Positions 44,583 through 51,752 are shown, counted from the first letter of the stretch. The stretch: 64,000 bases of DNA from a virus (IMGVR_UViG_3300032431_000006:1-64000), one strand, 5' to 3'. The notes: generated from the sequence alone by a model not told the origin. Translations and numbers: made by a program.

Positions 44583-44604
44583 TTTCCCAACACTGGGATT
44601 AACC
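44583..44604. repeat. hairpin motif copy 29
   Basis: tttcccaacactgggattaacc. Confidence 0.9.
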
Positions 44605-44632
44605 GTCGCTACTCAAAAGCGGCGGTTTTTTG
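44602..44632 (+). terminator. rho-independent terminator
   Basis: CCGTCGCTactcaaaAGCGGCGGTTTTTTG. Confidence 0.75.
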
Positions 44633-44648
44633 TGGCGGGCGATCGCGC

Positions 44649-44679
44649 TTTGGGGGTGTCAATTTATTGACACCCCAAA
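44649..44679. repeat. G/C-clamped hairpin 1
   Basis: TTTGGGGG-TGTCAATTTATTGACA-CCCCAAA. Confidence 0.85.
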
Positions 44680-44703
44680 CGGGCGATCGGTAGCAAGTTT
44701 TGG

Positions 44704-44727
44704 GGTCTATGCAGATCCGCATAGACC
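44704..44727. repeat. GATC-loop hairpin H1
   Basis: GGTCTATGC-agatcc-GCATAGACC. Confidence 0.8.
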
Positions 44728-44750
44728 AAACATCAGGTCGCCCGATCGCG

Positions 44751-44788
44751 CTTAAAGTAAATACTGGGATCGCAGTATTTACTTTAAG
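44751..44788. repeat. GATC-loop hairpin H2
   Basis: CTTAAAGTAAATACTG-ggatcg-CAGTATTTACTTTAAG; 16-bp stem. Confidence 0.85.
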
Positions 44789-44807
44789 CTGATGCCGATC
44801 GCCCGCC

Positions 44808-44926
44808 GTCACACAATGGGGTAAAAAGTCATAGGACATTCACTGTATTTTATAATATATAGCGTCCTGTGACTAACCCAAACCTATACACTGTAACGAT
44901 TTTACCCCAATATCAAAACAGGTCGG
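44808..44926 (+). repeat. composite element E7
   Basis: GTCACACAATGGGGTAAAAAGTCATAGGACA...TATAAT...CCTGTGAC plus the conserved tail. Confidence 0.9.
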
Positions 44927-44936
44927 GCGATCGGGC

Positions 44937-44973
44937 TTTGGGGGGGGTGTGAATAAATGCACACCCCCCAAAA
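44937..44973. repeat. G/C-clamped hairpin 2
   Basis: TTTGGGGGGGG-TGTGAATAAATGCACA-CCCCCCAAAA. Confidence 0.85.
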
Positions 44974-44995
44974 CGGGCGATCGGGCTTTGGGCTA

Positions 44996-45145
44996 AGTCA
45001 AGTTTTCTTGACTCAGGTCGGTCTTGAAGCTGCCGTGCATTTATTCACATCAGGTCGCGCCGATCGCCCGCCGCGACCTGATGTCAATTTTCTGACATCA
45101 GGTCGCGCTTGAAGCTGGTACAAGAAAACTTGTATCAGGTCGCGC
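44996..45145 (+). repeat. array of short palindromes, each followed by ATCAGGTCGCG
   Basis: AGTCAAGTTTTCTTGACTCAGGTCGG / GTGCATTTATTCACATCAGGTCGCG / TGTCAATTTTCTGACATCAGGTCGCG / GTACAAGAAAACTTGTATCAGGTCGCG; TTGAAGCTG linkers. Confidence 0.8.
45048..45107. repeat. three-arm alternative hairpin
   Basis: ACATCAGGTCGCG (45048-45060), CGCGACCTGATGT (45072-45084), ACATCAGGTCGCG (45094-45106); the middle arm can pair with either neighbour. Confidence 0.8.
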
Positions 45146-45152
45146 TTAAGAC

Positions 45153-45174
45153 CATTATGCAGATTCCCATAATG
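45153..45174. repeat. hairpin related to H5
   Basis: CATTATG-cagattcc-CATAATG. Confidence 0.65.
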
Positions 45175-45300
45175 CTGTCTAACGCGCCGATCGCCCGCTA
45201 AAAAAGCCACCACTCGAACGCATTGATGTTTAAGGTTCTCAGTCATTTTGTGGGCATTTTACCACCACCTAAGAAAGCCGTCACCCGCCGATCGCCCGCC

Positions 45301-45419
45301 GTCAGATAATGGGGTAAAAAGTCATAGGACAAACGATATATTTTATAATATATACCCTTCTGTGACTAACCTAAACCTATACGCTGTAACGGTTTTACCC
45401 CAATTTCAAAACAGGTCGG
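45301..45419 (+). repeat. composite element E8
   Basis: GTCAGATAATGGGGTAAAAAGTCATAGGACA...TATAAT...TTCTGTGAC plus the conserved tail. Confidence 0.9.
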
Positions 45420-45432
45420 GCGATCGGGCTTT

Positions 45433-45462
45433 GGGGGGGTACAAGTTTTCTTGTACCCCCCC
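45433..45462. repeat. G/C-clamped hairpin 3
   Basis: GGGGGGG-TACAAGTTTTCTTGTA-CCCCCCC; perfect 13-bp stem. Confidence 0.9.
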
Positions 45463-45483
45463 GTCAATGGGCGATCGCCCACT

Positions 45484-45533
45484 AAAAAATACTTTCTAAA
45501 CCGTCCGGTTTTGTCGATATGTTATGGTATAAT
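45484..45533 (+). promoter_or_regulatory. promoter (TGgTATAAT) with an upstream box
   Basis: AAAAAATACTTTCTAAACCGTCCGGTTTTGTCGATATGTTATGGTATAAT. Confidence 0.65.
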
Positions 45534-45559
45534 ATAGAGACAGTTTAGCGAGTGACATT

Positions 45560-45916
45560 ATGACTGGTATCACGGGTTTGGATTTTGGTGGTAAGAAGAT
45601 CCGGTTTGAGAAGCGGGGCGATCGAGTGTGGGTTAGCTTGACCGATATGGCTAAGGCGACGGGTAAGTTGGTCGGCAACTGGAACCAGCTAGACGGTACG
45701 ATTAAGTACCTGAGCAAGCTTGAAGCCGTTATTGGAATCCCAATAACGGAAATAAATCAAGGCGGCATCCCTGAGAAACAAGGAACATGGGCAATTAAGC
45801 AGGTCGCAATCAAATCGGTTTTCCGACACCCCCCCCAAATCCCGATCGCGCTCAAAGATTCTTTTAAACCGTCCGGTTTTGTCGCCGTACTATGGTATAA
45901 TATAGAGATAGTTTAG
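45560..45916 (+). CDS. truncated KilA-N paralog (family C), possibly a pseudogene
   Basis: First 85 aa or so parallel 45928..46626; the frame then runs into the next promoter (AVLWYNIEIV translates TATGGTATAATATAGAG). Confidence 0.45.
   Translation: MTGITGLDFGGKKIRFEKRGDRVWVSLTDMAKATGKLVGNWNQLDGTIKYLSKLEAVIGIPITEINQGGIPEKQGTWAIKQVAIKSVFRHPPQIPIALKDSFKPSGFVAVLWYNIEIV
45857..45901 (+). promoter_or_regulatory. promoter (TGgTATAAT) with an upstream box
   Basis: GATTCTTTTAAACCGTCCGGTTTTGTCGCCGTACTATGGTATAAT. Confidence 0.65.
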
Positions 45917-45927
45917 CTAGTGACATC

Positions 45928-46626
45928 ATGACAGATTTAGATTTTGGTGGTAAGAAGATCCGGTTTGAGAAGCGGGGCGATCGGGTTTGGGTTTCGCTTT
46001 CTGATATGGCGGCGGCAACAGGCAAACAAGTTTACGGATACACTCGCAATAAAGAGACAAAAGAATTTCTGGCTGAGATGGAGAGCGTTACGCAAATTTG
46101 CGTAACGGAAACCGTGCAAGGCGGCATTCCTGCTAGTCAGGGAACATGGGCGATCGAGGAAGTGGCGATCGACTTCGCGGCGTGGTGCAATGTCAAATTC
46201 CGAGTTTGGGTATCTCAACAAATTAAAACCCTGATGATGACGACCGGGACTGTCACGATCGCCCCGCCCGATCGCCCTTGTTGGATCGAGGACTCTGCTA
46301 ATCCGTGGGTAGCGTTTTTTGACAAGGATTTTTGCGATCGGGTGTTTGGCTGGTACGGGGCACAGTTTTATTGGCAATTCGTGTACAAGGTATTAACGCC
46401 GGAAGAGGCTGCTAAAGTCAATCGGCTTAATCCGCCAGTTGCGGGTGTAAGGGCCCAGCGAATCCACCAATACCTAACACCGGAAGCAAAGACGCGCTTA
46501 ACTCCCTATATTGGGGTGCTAGTTGGCATGGTGTACGGCGCGCGATGCCGTGAGGACTTCCGGCTAGGCTATGCGGACAAGTTTGGAGGTAACGACCAAA
46601 AACGGATACCCGGATTTGATAAGTAA
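45928..46626 (+). CDS. KilA-N domain protein (paralog family C)
   Basis: N-terminal 100 aa nearly identical to 24531..25256. Confidence 0.8.
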   Translation: MTDLDFGGKKIRFEKRGDRVWVSLSDMAAATGKQVYGYTRNKETKEFLAEMESVTQICVTETVQGGIPASQGTWAIEEVAIDFAAWCNVKFRVWVSQQIKTLMMTTGTVTIAPPDRPCWIEDSANPWVAFFDKDFCDRVFGWYGAQFYWQFVYKVLTPEEAAKVNRLNPPVAGVRAQRIHQYLTPEAKTRLTPYIGVLVGMVYGARCREDFRLGYADKFGGNDQKRIPGFDK

Positions 46627-46642
46627 TTCCTTGTAATGGGAG
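46625..46642. repeat. hairpin motif copy 30 (degenerate)
   Basis: aattccttgtaatgggag. Confidence 0.5.
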
Positions 46643-46708
46643 CGGGGCGATCGCCCGATCGCCCACTAAACAATACTTTCTGAATTGTCCTGTTTTGTTA
46701 CTATACTA

Positions 46709-46717
46709 TGGTATAGT
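46709..46717 (+). promoter_or_regulatory. promoter (TGgTATAGT)
   Basis: Upstream box ATACTTTCTGAATTGTCCTGTTTTGT. Confidence 0.6.
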
Positions 46718-46753
46718 ATAATAGCAACCAAATAGCCCAAACAATCACCAAAA

Positions 46754-47161
46754 ATGGCAATATACACTCAGAAAGAAATAAATGCAGCCAATAAAACGAT
46801 CGCCCTTGCGGATTATCGTGATACTCCTGCGGAGGCTAAACACTGGGGTAGATACCGCAAGAATGCTCATGCAAAGACTCTTACTGCGATTATGTTGCTA
46901 GGCTACAAGAATAAATATGTTACGTTTGCGGGGGATGCCATGTTATTATCCCAATATACGGATCAAACCTTGATCCCTTACGAATACGGGAAAGCACCCG
47001 GTTATATTGCGGTTATAGACTGGATGGACACACTCAAGACGGTCGCCGCCCTTAAGGCTCATGGTTATATTATTGATTTCATAGTGCGAGAATATGAATA
47101 TGATGGACGGGAAGAGGGAGAGGAAGAGGGAGAGGAAGAGGGAGAGGAAGAGGAAGATTAA
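46754..47161 (+). CDS. small protein with poly-acidic tail
   Basis: 135 aa ending GREEGEEEGEEEGEEEED, encoded by 12-bp repeats; stop TAA lies in the hairpin motif. Confidence 0.65.
   Translation: MAIYTQKEINAANKTIALADYRDTPAEAKHWGRYRKNAHAKTLTAIMLLGYKNKYVTFAGDAMLLSQYTDQTLIPYEYGKAPGYIAVIDWMDTLKTVAALKAHGYIIDFIVREYEYDGREEGEEEGEEEGEEEED
47110..47157 (+). repeat. 12-bp coding repeat GAGGAAGAGGGA
   Basis: Encodes the EEGE tail of 46754..47161. Confidence 0.85.
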
Positions 47162-47177
47162 TCCCAGTAATGGGAAC
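47156..47177. repeat. hairpin motif copy 31
   Basis: gattaatcccagtaatgggaac; contains stop TAA 47159-47161. Confidence 0.85.
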
Positions 47178-47234
47178 GGGGCGATCGCCCGATCGCCCGC
47201 TAACAAATACTTTTCTAAATTGTCCGGTTAGGGC

Positions 47235-47262
47235 TTGACAATTTAGTATGGTATGATATGAT
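47235..47262 (+). promoter_or_regulatory. promoter TTGACA-16-TATGAT (also TGgTATGAT)
   Basis: Upstream box ATACTTTTCTAAATTGTCCGGTT. Confidence 0.6.
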
Positions 47263-47292
47263 AGAACAATCCAAACAACAGAGGACTAAATT

Positions 47293-47772
47293 ATGCCGAT
47301 CGCACTGACTGAATATACCCAATATCACCCAACACGCTTAACCCGTCAATCCGATAATCCTGTAATGTCTGGCACTTATACCTTAGAGGCGTTAACTGCA
47401 CTATACGGCGGGGATAATGAATATGAAACTTTGCGGGTTGCAGCCATGCAAGGTCAAGCCTTTTTTAAAAAGGCTGACGGCTTTACTGCGTTTAACCCAA
47501 TACCAGGGGAAACCGCCGACCTGCCTTTAGACGTTAATCCTACTACTGAGACTGAGGTTGATGCGATCGAGGTTGATGCGATCGAGGCTGAGGCTGAGAC
47601 TGAGGTTGAGACTGAGGTTGATGCGATCGAGGCTGAGGCGATCGAGGCTGAGGCTGAGGCTGACACCGATGAGGCGATCGAGGCTGAGGCTGAGGCTGAC
47701 ACCGATGAGGCGATCGAGGCTGACACCGAGGCTGACACTGATGATACCGATGAAGGTAACGATATTTTCTAA
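47293..47772 (+). CDS. highly acidic repeat protein
   Basis: 159 aa; C-terminal 80 aa are Asp/Glu/Ala/Thr/Ile repeats (EAEAEADTDEAIEA...); terminator downstream. Confidence 0.65.
   Translation: MPIALTEYTQYHPTRLTRQSDNPVMSGTYTLEALTALYGGDNEYETLRVAAMQGQAFFKKADGFTAFNPIPGETADLPLDVNPTTETEVDAIEVDAIEAEAETEVETEVDAIEAEAIEAEAEADTDEAIEAEAEADTDEAIEADTEADTDDTDEGNDIF
47536..47752 (+). repeat. coding tandem repeats (GAGGCTGAGGCT / GATGCGATCGAGG units)
   Basis: Encodes the acidic repeat region; explains the multiple overlapping track ORFs. Confidence 0.85.
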
Positions 47773-47787
47773 TTTGAAATAGCACCT

Positions 47788-47817
47788 AAACCGATCGCAC
47801 GGGCGATCGGTTTTTTG
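47788..47817 (+). terminator. rho-independent terminator
   Basis: AAACCGATCGCacggGCGATCGGTTTTTTG. Confidence 0.8.
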
Positions 47818-47821
47818 TGAC

Positions 47822-47840
47822 TTTTCCCATTGTTGGGAAA
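47822..47840. repeat. hairpin motif copy 32
   Basis: ttttcccattgttgggaaa. Confidence 0.85.
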
Positions 47841-48012
47841 TTTGCCGGATTCCTAGTTCGATCGTAGATAGCGTTGACAAGATTCGTGTAAAGAAAAGTT
47901 TACGGACTCTTCATACTTTGATTTAAAATTCCTCTATCTAAGGGAGTACAATGGAAAGTAGCAGGATGCGCTTTATACCAAAATCGGCTATGTAAATATA
48001 CGGAGAGTTAAT

Positions 48013-48255
48013 ATGTTAAAAGAGAATAGCGAGATTTTCCTAATTACTTTAAAGGGTTTCTATGAGGTAGTAAATACCAGACAAAAAGTCTGTCTATTTA
48101 TTCTCACTTGGATCATGCTTGGTGGCAGTTTGTTAGCTCACCGTATAGTGACTGTTGATGCGATCGAGCGCTTGATTGTAGTACCCCGCTACGAATATTT
48201 GAAAGAAAAAGGGCTGATCCCTTCACCTACTATAAGCCCAAAATCTAAAGGTTAA
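48013..48255 (+). CDS. small protein with one hydrophobic segment
   Basis: 80 aa; VCLFILTWIMLGGSLLA; strong terminator 48277-48307. Confidence 0.5.
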   Translation: MLKENSEIFLITLKGFYEVVNTRQKVCLFILTWIMLGGSLLAHRIVTVDAIERLIVVPRYEYLKEKGLIPSPTISPKSKG

Positions 48256-48276
48256 ACCATGTCTGAGCAAAACAGT

Positions 48277-48307
48277 AAAACCCGCTAGCTCTAGCGGTTT
48301 TTTTTTT
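48277..48307 (+). terminator. rho-independent terminator
   Basis: AACCCGCTAGctcTAGCGGTTTTTTTTTTT. Confidence 0.85.
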
Positions 48308-48317
48308 GGGCGGGCAA

Positions 48318-49304
48318 TTAAGCCAAGCGAATAAATCGCAATTTTGCAAAATCTTCCGGCATTGTGGGAGTGGTCACAGGCATCCCGCCGCTTAACGCCG
48401 CGGTACTATGTGGGGCTTTAAATTTATATTGCAATTCAATTTCACAAGCGGGTAGGACATAAGTATTCTTAAGATAGCTTTTTATCGTGACCGAAGCACC
48501 CAACGCCCCGCCTGATATCACTGTATGCGCTGTATTACCATTGCCTATTAGTGTCGCCGCCTCTCCCACAAATTGCACTAGCCGACACATGAACTCGACA
48601 CAACCAACACCGGAAACCTGAGCAAAAATATCATAAGTACCAGCCGTGACAATTACCCGTGATCCGCTGTGAGAATAGCCTGATCCTGCGTATATTAACG
48701 ACATAGGCAGTGCGATCCAAGTATTAGCCTGGCCAGCCGTGAAACCTGAGTTAGCACCCGATGCGACAGTCCAGGTGCTTTGATAAATAGAAGGAGGGAG
48801 AGCGCCGAAATTTGGGGGCGTAACAAGCCCTAAGACGTTTGAGGCGTTAGTCTGTAGCACTCGGTCTCCCATAGGCATTAAAGCTGCAATAGCCGCCAAA
48901 TCCGGGTCGTTTCTTTGGTAGTTTATGTCAATTCGTCTGATATTGCCTTTGCCCTCGATCGTGTTGGCATTAGTTGTTAAAGTGTTAACAGAAATTTCGG
49001 CTGTGTTGAGGTTAGGCACGATCGTATTCAGCCTAGAATTTAGTGCTGTATTTTGGGCAATTAACCCGTCAATTTCTGTCTGTATTTGTATTAGTAGCGG
49101 CGCGATCGTACTTGCACCCGTAGCCTGGTATTGTTGAATAAATAAGCTTTGCTGTTCTGCAATTTGCAGACTCAAATTATAGTTGTATTGCAGCCGATTT
49201 ACGATCGCCTGCACTTGCGCGTTAAGGTTTGCAGCGCTATTAGCTGAGGCGTTCGTAATAGCGGGGACGACCGCGTTGCGGTTTGGATTTCCAGTTGAAT
49301 ACAT
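48318..49304 (-). CDS. fibre-like paralog
   Basis: 328 aa; Asn/Ala/Thr-rich coiled-coil N-terminal half; beta-rich C-terminal half ending KLRFIRLA. Confidence 0.65.
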   Translation of the reverse strand: MYSTGNPNRNAVVPAITNASANSAANLNAQVQAIVNRLQYNYNLSLQIAEQQSLFIQQYQATGASTIAPLLIQIQTEIDGLIAQNTALNSRLNTIVPNLNTAEISVNTLTTNANTIEGKGNIRRIDINYQRNDPDLAAIAALMPMGDRVLQTNASNVLGLVTPPNFGALPPSIYQSTWTVASGANSGFTAGQANTWIALPMSLIYAGSGYSHSGSRVIVTAGTYDIFAQVSGVGCVEFMCRLVQFVGEAATLIGNGNTAHTVISGGALGASVTIKSYLKNTYVLPACEIELQYKFKAPHSTAALSGGMPVTTPTMPEDFAKLRFIRLA

Positions 49305-49308
49305 GGCA

Positions 49309-49333
49309 ACAAAAAACCGCGAAAATCGCGGTA
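49309..49333 (-). terminator. terminator-like hairpin abutting a start codon
   Basis: Minus strand reads ACCGCGAttttCGCGGTTTTTTGTTGCC-ATG (start of 48318..49304). Confidence 0.55.
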
Positions 49334-49472
49334 TCTAATCTAGGGTGAGTTCGTGCGCGACTATTGGCTGGTTGCCAAGTTAATTAATAATAGCATCTTT
49401 AAGTCTGCTAATATTAATTGTTAAGTACGGTTAACAATTCTATGGGCGATCGGCAAGGGCGATCGCCTTTTT

Positions 49473-49488
49473 ATTCCCAGTGCTAAGG
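49473..49488. repeat. hairpin motif copy 33 (half copy)
   Basis: attcccagtgctaagg; right arm replaced by the gene end. Confidence 0.45.
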
Positions 49489-49929
49489 TTTGGCTATTTC
49501 TCGATAACGATCGCGCCACGGCGTGATAAGAGAATAATCATTAAATCGGTTGGGCAATGACCTTACTAAATTACACCCGCCAAAAGTTTTACCATCAAAA
49601 TAATAGACTGGTTTGCCTCGGAATTTTGCGAATTGTTCTTCTTCCTTTGTGGAATCCCCAATATATCCACCGGGCGAGATTATTATAATCGCGTCGCTGT
49701 CTAGGATTTTCTGAAAGTGCAAATCTTTGACTTTTGCGATTTGCTCGGTCGTTAACAACAAATCAGAGTGAACCGAATTAAGCCAAAGACCACATAAATG
49801 CACGCCCCAATTCTCAAGAGTCAGCAGCAACATTGCTTGATGCGCCTCATCTCGAAAACGGGTAGAACCGCAGAGAGTGATTACGCCATTACCTTTTTCG
49901 ATGTATTCCTTGGCTGACAGATTAAACAT
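49483..49929 (-). CDS. nucleoside 2-deoxyribosyltransferase-like protein (tentative)
   Basis: 148 aa; ITLCGSTRF...DAIIIISPGGYIGDSTKEE...GKPVYY recalls the deoxyribosyltransferase-like fold family; own TGGTATAGT promoter. Confidence 0.4.
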   Translation of the reverse strand: MFNLSAKEYIEKGNGVITLCGSTRFRDEAHQAMLLLTLENWGVHLCGLWLNSVHSDLLLTTEQIAKVKDLHFQKILDSDAIIIISPGGYIGDSTKEEEQFAKFRGKPVYYFDGKTFGGCNLVRSLPNRFNDYSLITPWRDRYREIAKP

Positions 49930-49959
49930 TTTTGGCTCCTATTTTCTACTCGCTATTAT

Positions 49960-49968
49960 ACTATACCA
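49960..49968 (-). promoter_or_regulatory. promoter (TGGTATAGT)
   Basis: Minus strand reads ACTATGGTATAGTATAATAGC. Confidence 0.6.
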
Positions 49969-49974
49969 TAGTTT

Positions 49975-50285
49975 CAATACAAACCCGGACTATTGAAAAT
50001 TCCCGTTCGCTTCGATTTAATCGCCCGGCTTATATCAGGCTTATGTAATCGGAGGCGATCGGGCGATCGGGCGATCGCTGCTTTGGTTACAGAGTGCAAA
50101 CCGTTATCAGCAGACGGTTCCAGCGATTCTGAGGGTGATTTGGTTACAGGGTTCAAAATACTCTCACGGGACAAGTCCAAAGGCTTACCCCGCAAAGGTT
50201 TCAGCCATTTAGGGATGCTCTCACGGGACAAGCAAAAACCCGGCAATATTTACCGGGTTTTTTATAGCGGGCGATCGGGTTGTGT
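49975..50285 (-). pseudogene. decayed remnant of a family D paralog
   Basis: Minus-strand translation contains SESLEPSADNGL, resembling the SEWLEPPADNDL repeats of 51104..51724; internal duplications; no intact start. Confidence 0.35.
50234..50264 (+). terminator. rho-independent terminator
   Basis: AAAAACCCGGcaatatttaCCGGGTTTTTTA. Confidence 0.75.
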
Positions 50286-51077
50286 TTACTTCCCAGTGTT
50301 GGGATTAATCTGCAACTTCATTTTTAACTGTCTGTTGCCGAAAAATTCTAATTGATACATTGCATCAAAATCTTGACGATCTAATGCCTGATTGACTAAA
50401 ACAGCCAATTGGATCAAATACTTTTCAAGTCTGGGAAGTGTATCGGGACTGATGTGCTGATGAATGTAATTAATCCGCCCGTTGGGAGTTTGTTCGTTAA
50501 CCAGGTTTAGCTTGCAGCGCTCTGTCAGTGTTAGGAAATCATAACAGTAGTGCCAGTAAAAACCAACGCCCATCAACTCTATCGCTTTTTTGTACAACAG
50601 AGGCTCATAGAATACTTTGTAGGGCTTTGCATCATCTAAGATGCGATCGAGCGCTGTCCGCGATTCTTGGCTTGATTGAAGCGCGATCGGTAGCCAGCCA
50701 GTCACGCCTTGAATGTAGCTGGTAGCACCTATGATACCAAACGACCGATAAGTCTGCAAAGCTTTGCGTGTTTTTTGTTTGGACTCAAAAGCATAGTATT
50801 CCGCAAAACAAGCCCAAGTATCAGAACTAAGTATTTTTGCATTTTTGTAGGTTGCTTGCAACTGCAATTCCTTACCCCATAAGGGTTGCAGGCATTCTGG
50901 GAGGTCTTTGCTTGCATCTGAATTTGAGACAAATTCGATAAGCAGGGTAATTGCTTGACGACTTACTCCCAAACTCTTCCCAACACCGCTAGTATTTAAG
51001 CCTGATTCTCCGGTTGATGGATGTGTGTAAAACTCGATCCCATTGACTTTCGATCGTAAAAATTCTATGCTTGACAT
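50286..51077 (-). CDS. paralog family D protein (antirepressor-like N-terminus)
   Basis: Start at ATG 51077 (MSSIEFLRSKVNGIEFY); the track N-terminus translates the promoter; the last residues INPNTGK are encoded by the hairpin motif. Confidence 0.7.
   Translation of the reverse strand: MSSIEFLRSKVNGIEFYTHPSTGESGLNTSGVGKSLGVSRQAITLLIEFVSNSDASKDLPECLQPLWGKELQLQATYKNAKILSSDTWACFAEYYAFESKQKTRKALQTYRSFGIIGATSYIQGVTGWLPIALQSSQESRTALDRILDDAKPYKVFYEPLLYKKAIELMGVGFYWHYCYDFLTLTERCKLNLVNEQTPNGRINYIHQHISPDTLPRLEKYLIQLAVLVNQALDRQDFDAMYQLEFFGNRQLKMKLQINPNTGK
50289..50310. repeat. hairpin motif copy 34 (encodes a C-terminus)
   Basis: cttcccagtgttgggattaatc; minus strand translated as INPNTGK-stop. Confidence 0.9.
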
Positions 51078-51103
51078 ATTGCTACTCAAATGTTTTGTTG
51101 TAA

Positions 51104-51724
51104 TTACATTATAGCATAAAAACAAAACAAAACCCGGATATAATATTCGGGTTTTGTTTTAGGCTTTGCATCATCTAAGATGCGATCGAGCGCTGTCCGC
51201 GATTCTTGGCTAGACTGAAGCGCGATCGGTAGCCAGCCAGTCATGCCTTGAATATAGCTGGTTAGCCCGATCGCGGTTGTCGCCATCAAAACTTTTAAAG
51301 CCTTAGCGCGTCCCTTGCCTGCATAATGCCCTATTACTGCTGAGCAAAAGTCGGCTCGATAGACTACAACATCAACATTGCCTTTTTTGAAATTCCCTGA
51401 CAGGTGCAAGTCCTTACCTATAAAAGGTTCTAGCCATTCTGACGGTGCTTTCCCTGACGGTGACAAACCATTATCCTGCAAGGGTTCTAGCCATTCTGAC
51501 GGTGCTTTCCCTGACGGTGACAAATCATTATCAGCAGGCGGTTCTAGCCATTCTGACGGTGCTTTAGTCGCCAGGTTTGCTATTAACTCACATAGGGATT
51601 GTTTGCGGATACCACAAGCGCGCGCTAAACCCGATTGGCTCATGCCACATTCCCCGGTCGCGACGATCGTAAAATACTCGATCCCGTTTTGTTCGGTTCT
51701 GATAAACTCTGGTATACTAGACAT
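51104..51724 (-). CDS. paralog family D protein, C-terminally truncated, with 19-aa tandem repeats
   Basis: MSSIPEFIRTEQNGIEYF; three APSEWLEP..DN.LSPSGK repeats; homology with 50286..51077 ends at DDAKP, where a terminator-promoter cassette begins. Confidence 0.6.
   Translation of the reverse strand: MSSIPEFIRTEQNGIEYFTIVATGECGMSQSGLARACGIRKQSLCELIANLATKAPSEWLEPPADNDLSPSGKAPSEWLEPLQDNGLSPSGKAPSEWLEPFIGKDLHLSGNFKKGNVDVVVYRADFCSAVIGHYAGKGRAKALKVLMATTAIGLTSYIQGMTGWLPIALQSSQESRTALDRILDDAKPKTKPEYYIRVLFCFYAIM
51108..51116 (-). promoter_or_regulatory. promoter (TGCTATAAT)
   Basis: Part of a duplicated terminator-promoter cassette. Confidence 0.6.
51126..51160 (-). terminator. rho-independent terminator (cassette copy 1)
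   Basis: Minus strand reads AAAACCCGAATATTATATCCGGGTTTTGTTTTGTTTTT. Confidence 0.75.
51426..51566 (-). repeat. 57-bp in-frame tandem repeat, 2.5 units
   Basis: ggttctagccattctgacggtgctttccctgacggtgacaaa.cattatc... repeated; encodes the APSEWLEP repeats. Confidence 0.85.
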
Positions 51725-51752
51725 AGTGTTAAATGCGAGTGTGGTTGCTAAC

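Noticed and set aside
44649-45145. Possible CRISPR-like or integron-like array of repeats with variable inserts
   Set aside because: Spacing is irregular. The variable parts are themselves short palindromes of only 14-17 nt, and they recur elsewhere in the same region. No cas or integrase gene is nearby. Reported instead as an unexplained structured region.
47454-47880. Four overlapping ORFs on both strands across the acidic-repeat region
   Set aside because: They are alternative frames of a degenerate tandem repeat (Ser/Ala, Arg/Leu and Pro/Gln-rich nonsense). Only the plus-strand frame continuous with 47293 has a promoter, a start and a terminator.
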